NCBI GenBank assembly: GCA_951406725.2
Contig: OX597830.1
Location: 22,940,001-23,004,000, forward strand
Length of the DNA: 64,000 bases
Source of the DNA: Octopus vulgaris
Lineage: Eukaryota
Direction of reading: 5' to 3'
The position numbers were made by a program, and so were the translations under genes. Numbering within the stretch: position 1 is the stretch's first letter; every line of letters begins with the position of its first letter. This document shows, piece after piece, positions 53,494 to 64,000 of the stretch. The notes under the pieces were generated by a model that saw only the letters and a program-made list of their open reading frames with translations, was not told the origin of the DNA and did no database searches.

Positions 53494-54652
53494 GTGTAGA
53501 GGGACATAATAGGGACAGAACTAAAAATTATATGCACTACATGTGTGTGTGTGTGTGTGTGTGTGTCTATAAAGGGTAAAGGTAAAAAACCCCTTTCAGT
53601 CATGAATGACCATGGGACTGCACCTAGAAAGTTCCCATCTGGGGCACAAGGTTGTTTGTAGAAGACCAGCGGTCACCCATGCATACCAGCCCATGCATCT
53701 TCACACCAGCAATGTTATTCAAGGGAAAGCCAAAGGTTGATACAGCTTGGCTCCAGTAACATCACAATACATTTCTACAGCTGAGTGAACAGGAGCAACA
53801 TGAAAAATAAAGTGTCTTGCTCAAGAACACAACACACAGCCGAGTCCAGGAATTGAACTCATTACCTCATGATTGCGAGCCCAATGCTCTAACCACTGAG
53901 CTATTGACACCACACTTACACATGCATTTACATAAATATCTAGAGACAAATATGATGTATGATGGTAATACAGGAAAGATGGTGGTGCAACTTCTTGCAC
54001 CACAACATGCACAGATGATTCGTTTGTATAGACCAAATGTTTATGCTGTGCATTAGCACACTCCCTCCATCAAATCAGCGTCGCCAGAACCTATTTCTTT
54101 ACTACCCAGAAGGAGCTAAACACAGAGGAGACAAACAAGGACAGAAAGACGGATTAAGTCGGTTATATCGACCCCAGTGCGTAACTGGTACTTAATTTGA
54201 ACTCAGAACGTAACGGTAGACGAAATACGGCTACGCATTTCGCCTGGCGTGCCAACGTTTCTGCCAGCTCACCAGAACCGGTGCACAGTGTGCCACACAT
54301 CAGGTGTCGAAGTGATTGGGGAGCAACATCAGATGAAAGTGTTTTTGCTCAACAACACAACACATTACCTGCTCCAGGAATTGAAACTGTAATCTTATGA
54401 TCAGGAGTGCAGCACCCAAACCACAGGACCATGCACATCCTCATCATAGACTCACGTATACTTACATGCAGAAATACTTATTTAAAATCCATGCATGTAC
54501 ACACACACATGTGCTTATTTAAATATGTCGACAACTAAACTATAGGAAAACATGAAGGTATCTTTGTTGGCCTGACAGGAAAAAATATTTTCATAATCAC
54601 ATAAAAATGTGTGTGTGTATGAGTATATACAGATAATCACAATGTGTATGCA

Positions 54653-54714
<62 letters not shown>

Positions 54715-54891
54715 CATACATATATATACATACATACATATATGAATACATACATACATACATATATGAATACATATACATAAATATATATACATACATA
54801 TATTATACATACATACATAAATATATATATATTTATACATACATACATATATTTATACATACATATATATACATATACAAACATATATACA

Positions 54892-54927
<36 letters not shown>

Positions 54928-54944
54928 TATACATATATATATAC

Positions 54945-54975
<31 letters not shown>

Positions 54976-55257
54976 TGTAATTCAAACACACACATTACAT
55001 TTATATATTGTAATTTATTGCTTCTTGGTGAATCTACAGGGACTATGTGTGTGTGTGTACATACATACATACATACATACATACATGTATGTATGTATGT
55101 ATGTATATATATATATCTCATATTTACAAATACACATATACTTGTATTGGTGCAAGCTCTGTCATTTATCAGAACACAGCCTTTGTTCCCCCCCCGCCCC
55201 CACCAGAAAGACTACTCACTGTTGCTGTCACTCCATCACCCCAGTCACCACCACCAC

Positions 55258-55291
<34 letters not shown>

Positions 55292-55449
55292 ATTATTATC
55301 GGTGTTCTTGTTGTTGTTGTTCTCACATCCCACTCAATAAATCATTGACAATGGCTAATTCTACCAATAGTTAATGTAAGGAGAGCTAAAGAGGAAGTCT
55401 ATAACATGGAGGAGATAAGCAAGTTGACACATGGCACAATGAGGAAAGT

Positions 55450-56195
55450 AACCACCACCACCACCAACACCCCCAACACCACTGTTGCCACCATCCACAG
55501 CCTATACCATCACTGCCACCGCCGCCGCCACCACCATCTCCACCACCACCACCCACAATACTTCTACTACCATCACCATCATCACCACTACCACCACTAA
55601 TAACAATCCACAGTCACAAAAACAACACCACCACTATCACCACTCTATCACCATCAATACCGAAATCACCACCACCATCATCATCATCACAACCACCACC
55701 ACCACCACCACCACCACTGACAGTAACAACCCACATTCACAAAAGCTACTAACAACACTATCACTATCATCCAATGACCCTACCCCTCCTCCCACATATG
55801 TAAACATGTCCCTGCCCTTCCACCCCTTGCTGCATCACCACCAAATTAACAACCAGCACCACTACATTCATAAAGTATACCATCACCCCCCCGCCCCATC
55901 CATAAACACACTCACCACCACCACCACCACCACCGACACTACTCTGCTTTCATAAACAGTATCACCCAGCTGCCCACCCATCTCACAATCATAAACACAC
56001 AACTAGCACCAACATCACCACCACCACCGTCCCCACTACCACCATCACCTGTACAGCCAAAATTGCAAGCACCTTCACCATTACACCACACTTGCAAATA
56101 TGCACCGCCACCACCACTACCACCACCCTATTAACATGCAGAGGCCATCAGAATCAATGTCACTGTTCTTAGAAGAGAAGTGGTATGTGTGTATG

Positions 56196-56230
<35 letters not shown>

Positions 56231-56890
56231 CAGTGAGCGGGTGTGTGAGTTAGGGTGACCCCCTAGCAAATACATGTGGACATGTCCCTCATGGACAGCG
56301 AGAGAAAGATAAATAACTTTGCATTGTATCTTAGGAAGAAGGTGGTGAAGGTGACGGTGACAGCAGTGGTGGGGGTGGTGTTGGCAGCAGTTGAATGAGG
56401 GTGTTGGTGGAGGGTCAGTGCGATGGTGGTGGTGGTCTGGGAAAGAAAATAGATCTGTTGTTATAGATGTTATAGAGAAAAACAGAGGTCTTGTTTTACA
56501 GAGGGGGGGGAAGTTTGCTGGGGGGTGGGTGTCATCGTCATCATGATAACCATCATTATCATCATCAGCATTACCATCAACATAATGTAATCATCATCAA
56601 CATCATCATGATAACCATCAACATCATAATCTTCATCGTAATCATCCTCACCATGATAGTCATCATCATCATCATCATCATCATCATCGCGATTGCCATC
56701 ATTATCATCATCACCACCATCAGCATGATAATCTTCATTGTAATCATATCATCTTCATCATCACTGCTGCCAATAATCCCCATTCTCTTCACTATCATTA
56801 CCACTAATAGTTAACTTTATACTACTACTACTACTACTACTACTCCGCCGCTGCCACCGCCGCCATCACCACCACCACCACCATCTTCAT
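55450..56890. repeat. (CAC)n and (CAT)n degenerate trinucleotide tracts
   Basis: Direct inspection. Confidence 0.8.
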
Positions 56891-56997
56891 AGAATTGAGT
56901 TAATCCTTATAATAATCCACACTGCAACCACCGTCACTAACACTAATGATAAATTGCTACTAATGATTTATTATCAATGTCATCGTGAACTAACATA

Positions 56998-58199
<1,202 letters not shown>

Positions 58200-58339
58200 A
58201 CAAGGAAAGCCCCTACATGGCCGGCTGACATGCTAGAAATAAGAGCACATCAAATAAGACATGATACTGTCATGAACAGAAAAAAACGAACAAACGATGA
58301 ACACATTAGACAAATACAAGTCATTGTTGTCAGCATCCT

Positions 58340-58560
58340 AAGGCAGTGAGCTGGCAGAATCGTTAGTACGCTGGATGAAATGCTTAGTGGTATATCACCC
58401 ATCGCCACGTTCTGAGTTCAAATTTCGCCGAGGTCAACTTTGCCATTTATCATTTAGGGGTTCATAAATTAAGTACCAGTTGTGTACTGGGGTCGATCTA
58501 ATCGACTGGCCCACCCCTCCCCCAAAATTTCAGGCTTTTTGCCTATAGTAGAAAAAATTA
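58340..58560 (+). mobile_element. SINE family B copy
   Basis: aaggcagtgagctggcagaatcgttag..gagttcaaattt..aattaagtaccagttg. Confidence 0.8.
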
Positions 58561-59407
58561 TTGTCATCATCCTCGTTTAACATCCATTTTTCTATAACGT
58601 GAAAAAGAACAGAACAACAACAAGAAAATGGATTGGTCCTTACTGTGACACCAGGGCAGGCCTGGGGCTAAACACCACCACCACCACCAACAACAACAAT
58701 ACTGTAATCCCTCTGTCCCATCCACTTGTTCCCTCCACTGCCACCACCAGTGTCTGATGACTACAACTATAATTCTGTCATGATGATGATGATGATGATT
58801 ATCATTTTAAAGTCCCCTTTTCTATGCTTGCAATGGATCAAACGGAGCTCATTGAGGCACGTTTTTCTAAGGCCGGATGCCTTTCCTGTTGCCAAACCTT
58901 CACCTGTTTCCCAGCAAGGTGATATTTCCCTCATATTCAGACATGAGTATTGGAAATGATTGACATTCATTTATGACAATCATGCAACATCAAAACCAGG
59001 AGACATAGACATAATCACAGTCATACCACACGCGCTCTCCCACATATATGAAGGCACATGACTGACTGGTTCAGGGACTGCACTCATGACTGCAAGATCA
59101 TGGGTTCGATCCCTGGACCAAGCGATCTGTTGTGTTCTTGAGCAAAACACTTCGTTTCATGTTGCTCCAGTCTACTCAGCCGTAAATAGTTAACCCTGTG
59201 ACAAAGTAGCTTTCCAATCAGAGGGGAATATTGGCCTGCTTGCCTAGCCAGTGGGATAGCACCATTCGAGAGCTAAAGTGAAGCAAAGCGCATTGTGACT
59301 AGCGATGTATAACAACCTCTAATAGTCTAGTCAATACCATGATATATGTGTGTATATGTGTGTACATGCATTTTTTCTCTCCTTGTTTCTCTCCTTTTTT
59401 TCTGTGT

Positions 59408-59447
59408 ATCTTTCTGTCGAAGAGCGTAGGCTCGAAACGTAAAAGAT
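59408..59447 (+). ncRNA. Minimal hammerhead-like motif with variant core CUGUCGA
   Basis: atcttt CTGTCGA a gagc-gtag-gctc GAAA CG TA aaagat. Perfect 6-bp stem I and 4-bp stem II; loopless stem III. Sits in repeat 59370-59520; related copy at 36815-36972. Confidence 0.6.
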
Positions 59448-59533
59448 TTTTTCTATTCCTGAGCGCTATACTAATACATTTGTTTGTTTGTACTCCACCT
59501 GCCTTCGTCTTTTGTTTATTATATATATATATA

Positions 59534-59924
59534 GGCGCAACAGTGGCTGTGTGGTAAGTAGTTTGTTTACCAACCACATGGCTCCGGGTTCAGTCCCACT
59601 GCGTGGCACCTTGGGCAAGTGTCTTCTACTATAGCCTTGGGCTGACCAAAGCCTTGTGAGTGGATTTGGTAGACGGAAACTGAAAGAAGCCCGTCGTATA
59701 TATGTATATATATATATATGCATGTGTGTGTTTGTGTTTGTCCCCTTAGCATTGCTTGACAACTGATGCTGGTGTGTTTATGTCCCCGTTACTTAGCGGT
59801 TCGGCAAAAGAGACCGATAGAATAAGTACTGGGCTTACAAAAGAATAAGTCCCGGGGTCGAGTTGCTCGATTAAAGGCGGTGCTCCAGCATGGCCGCAGT
59901 CAAATGACTGAAACAAGTAAAAGA

Positions 59925-59926
<2 letters not shown>
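59534..59926 (+). mobile_element. SINE family A, full-length copy
   Basis: Same structure with a short internal microsatellite. Other copies or fragments: 12898-13060, 39050-39380, 46927-47279(-), 47415-47615(-), 61500-61895(-), 40670-40820(-). Confidence 0.85.
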
Positions 59927-59968
<42 letters not shown>

Positions 59969-61672
59969 TCATCATCATTTAAATATTGTTTTTCATGTTG
60001 GCATAGGTTGGATGGTTTGACAGGAGCAGACCAGTTGAAGGGCTGTTCAGGCTCCCTGATTGTTTTGGAAGAGTTTCTATGGCTGGATACCCTTCCTACA
60101 ACCAACCACTCTACAGAGTGTACTGGGTGCTTTTACGCAGCACCGGTATGGGTGATTTTTACATGGCACCACCACCTACGAGCCTGCAAGATTAGGGATG
60201 CTCAACTGGAGAGGGTTGCAGGGGCTGAGCCTATATGCAAGGGAAAAGAAGGAGATTTTGTTTCGTTCAGTGACCTCAGGCTTTTTAGGTACGATATAGT
60301 GGAGGTGTGGATGAGGGAGGGTATTTTCAGTCCACAGATTTCAGACAAAGACTACACAGTGACATAAAAAAGAAAAAAAAAACTGTATGTGAAGACACAA
60401 GAGATATATTGTGTTATAAGAGAAATATGACACTCCATGTGTGTGTGTGTGTGTGTGTATGTACCCTCACAAAATGTCCATCTCCCATGCTGGCATGGGT
60501 TGGATGATTTGTAAGTGTGTTTGTGTGTGTGTGCACACGCGCGCATATATATGTATGTATGTGTGTGTGCACGCGCGCATATATATTTGTGTGTGTGTGT
60601 CTCTCTCTCTCTCTCTCTATGTATCTGTCTATCTATCTATCTATCTCTTTATGTATGTATGTATGTATCTATCTATCTATCTCTCTGTGTATCTGTCTGT
60701 CTATGTATGTATGTATGTATCTTTCTATCTCTCTATATATGTATGTGGGTTTGTATCTATCTATCTATCTGTCTGCTTGTCTATCTGTCTATCTATCTAA
60801 TAGATGTTATGGTTAATCAATCCACAATAGAGTAATGATTTGTTGGGTGTAAGCATGAAGATCTACGTGGATAAAAAGCACGCAATTAAAATGAGAAGGA
60901 TCATGAGGCCAGGAAGAGACAAATAATTCATGAAGTTACTAAATTAAGATACATGGTGGAAAATGTGGAAGAATATGAAACGAAAACAATAACAATCAAA
61001 GAGTGTGTATGGAGAAAATAAATAGGCCAAATGAAAGGACAAGAAGAGGTTCTAATGTGCTGTATTATTCCTTTTATTACAGAGAAGGAAAAGTAATAAG
61101 ATATGTAAGAGAAAAAGAAATGAAATCAATTTTACAACATTTCTTTGCATATGTTTATCAATCTATCTATCTATCACGTGATTACATGATCGACAAGCCA
61201 TTGGATGTTGTTATATATCACTGGTCACAATGCACTTTGCATTGTTTTATCTTTTGAATGATGCTATCCAGCTGGCTAAGCAAGCAGCTCAACAGTCCCT
61301 CTAATCTGAAGACTAATACGTCACAGAGTTACCTATTTACAGCTCAGTGGACTGGAGCAACATAAAACTGTGTTTTGCTCAAGAACACAATGTGCTGCTG
61401 AGTCCAGAATTGAACCCACAACTTAGCAATCATGAGTACAACACCCTAACCGCTAGGCCACATGCTGTCACATCTATCTAATTATGCAAACGTATATATT
61501 CTTTTACTTGTTTCAGACATTTTGACTGTGGCCATGCTGGAGCACCACCTTTAGTCAAACAAATCGATCCCAGGACTTATTCTTCGGAAGCCTAATACTT
61601 ATTCTGTTGGCCTCTTAGGCTGAACCGCCAAGTTACAGGGATGTAAACACATTGTTGGGAGGACAAACACAA

Positions 61673-61725
<53 letters not shown>

Positions 61726-63089
61726 CATATATGTATACACATACACACAGTTTCCGTCTACTAAATCCACTCACAAGGCTTTGGTCCATCTGAGGCTATA
61801 ATAGATGACACTTGCCTAAGGTTTCACACAGTGGGACTGAACCCAGAACCATGTAGTTGAGAAGCAAGCTTCTTACCACACAGCCATGCTTGCCACTCCT
61901 TTATATATATAAAAAAAGTTTATGGCTCAGTGGTTAGAGTGTCAAGTATCATGAGATAGTGAGTTTGATTCCTGGACTGGGCTGTGTGTTGTGTTCTTGA
62001 ACAAGACACTTTATTTCACATTGCTCCAGTTCACTCATCTGTAGAAATAAGTTGTGTTGTCATTAGTGCCAAGCTGTATCAACCTTTGTCTTTCCTTTGG
62101 ATAAACATTGGTGGCATGGAGAGGAGAGGCTGACATGCATGGGGAACTGCTGGTCTTCCATAAACAACCATGTCCGGACTTGTGCCTCAGAGGAGAACTT
62201 TCTAGGTGCAATTTCATGGTCATTCATGACTGAAGGGGGTCTGTTTACAACTCTCTGAACAGGAACATGAAACTCTGAGTAACAGTTCTGTAATAATTTT
62301 GCAGCTTTAATAAAAAGTATATTACTCTGCCTTTGGTATTTGAGTACTATTTTTTCCACCTTGTTTTGCACTCATGTGCTAACCAGTGTGTGTGTGTTGA
62401 TGTGTGTGTCTTTGTACCTCATCATTTGACTACTGGTGTTGGTTTGTTTATGGTCCTGAAACTTAGCAGTTCAGCAAAAGGGGAACAATACAATAAGTAC
62501 CGAACTTTAAAAAATAAATACTAGTTTCGATCTGTTTGACTGAAACCCTTCAAGGTGGTGCTCCAGTATGGCTGCATTTCCAATGATTGAAACGGTTAAG
62601 AGATAAGAAACAAGATAAAAGCAAAACGGAACAGAACAAATGAAAGCATGCTGAAGCATTAATCATCATCATTTAATCGCAGTTGGAGATGGTTGAAATT
62701 CTCCTCCCCTCCTCCTCTTCCTTCCCGCCTCCTCATCCCATTATGGCTATTGTGGTCACATGGTCAAGTGATTAGCCCTAGCCACCAGCAGGAATTGACT
62801 CCCTAGATGAATGGAATTTGAACCCTGAACATATAAGAACCAGAAAGGATACAAGTCAAATAAAATATCCTCCGATGCTCTGACATTTCCACTGATCTAC
62901 GCACCTCCTCTTCTCCACCTCCACCCATCCTCTCCACCTCCACCCCTCCTCTCTACCCCTCCTCTCTACCCCTCCTCTCCACCATTCCATCTGGACTATC
63001 ATAGTTGTGGTGGTGGTAGTAATAGTAGTAAAGTAGTAGCAGCAACAGTAGTAGTACTAGTAGCAGCAGCAGTAGCAACCCAGAAGTGA

Positions 63090-63990
63090 CAAAAATGAAA
63101 AAGAGGAAGCACAAGAGAAATGGAAAAAATTCTAAACTTTCTAGTTGACATCTTTTAACAAGCATTCATAGAAATGCAAGCAAAGATATTTAATAACACA
63201 GAAAAAGAATCAAAAACAGCAGATGACTGGTTCCCATTGAAAGGAAAACCGTTTTAACCCTCAAGACTATAGAAACATTCACCCTTAAAACCTACAGACC
63301 CATAACCAGCTTACAAAGCCTTAGCTGCAATAATATTGCAGAAGATAAATGTAAAAAATATCTTGGTAAAAAAATAGGAGAAAATAGAGACAGTTTATTT
63401 CCAGAAGACCAAAAGGAATGCTAATGGTGCAGAGAGCAATTGCTGGCCAATAAAATGATAACAAAAGACTGTAAAAGGAGAAAAGGAGGTCTGAGCATGG
63501 ATTGATTTGCAGAAAGGTTTTTGATAGTGATACCCACACATGGATCTGGGAACATAAATCATAAGTAGGTGAGCATAAATAATAAACAAGAACACTACTA
63601 AATGGAAAAGAATTCTACAGATACATACTAAAGAAGGATTTAAAATTAACACCATCTGTATTAAAAGAGAACTGTTGCAAGAGGATTCCACTCTCCGTTT
63701 TTTCCCCTGCCTCATTAACACCTTTAGTAGAAACATAAATGTTATATGAAGTAAAATATTGTATATTGGTGACCTCTAAGTTTACTCTGCAGATGATAAA
63801 CAACTAGAAACACTGCTGCTGATTGTGCACAGAGTTACTAGAAGAATAGAAACGAGATTCAGATTATTAAAATTTGACAAGTTAACCGTGAATAAAATAA
63901 AATAAAGGACATTCATGTAATGTTATGTAAAGGAGTAGAGATAAATGGATGAGATAAAACACAGAGTTAATGACCTAGAAAAAGTAAAAT
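63090..63990 (+). mobile_element. Highly degenerate non-LTR RT fragment (R4/Dong-like)
   Basis: Frameshifted motifs YRPIT, CREQLLANKMITKDCKRRK, WIDL.KGFDS.HTWI, LQEDS (FQGDS-like), DDLKLY-like. Confidence 0.6.
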
Positions 63991-64000
63991 ACGCACAATT

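Overview
AT-rich, microsatellite- and SINE-dense animal genomic DNA. The repeat families look cephalopod (Octopus-like), which is an inference. The one clear host gene is a minus-strand xylosyltransferase (oxt/XYLT, GT14 family). Eight coding exons between 19990 and 37704 splice in frame with GT-AG sites (~650 aa). I found none of its 5' exons (TM/stem) in the remaining 26 kb. The rest is transposon debris: a CR1/L2-group LINE, RTE and R4/Dong-like fragments, a DD37E (TRT-type) Tc1 element, two mariners, a hAT MITE with an 8-bp TSD, and several tRNA-derived SINE families. The most notable unannotated layer is a set of Penelope-like element (PLE) remnants. One has a GIY-YIG endonuclease split by a ~100-aa Asn/Ser-rich insert. 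At least six distinct hammerhead-ribozyme-bearing terminal repeat types occur, including long-stem-II forms, minimal forms, a CUGUNGA core variant and inverted pairs. Most ORFs in the supplied track are translations of microsatellites.
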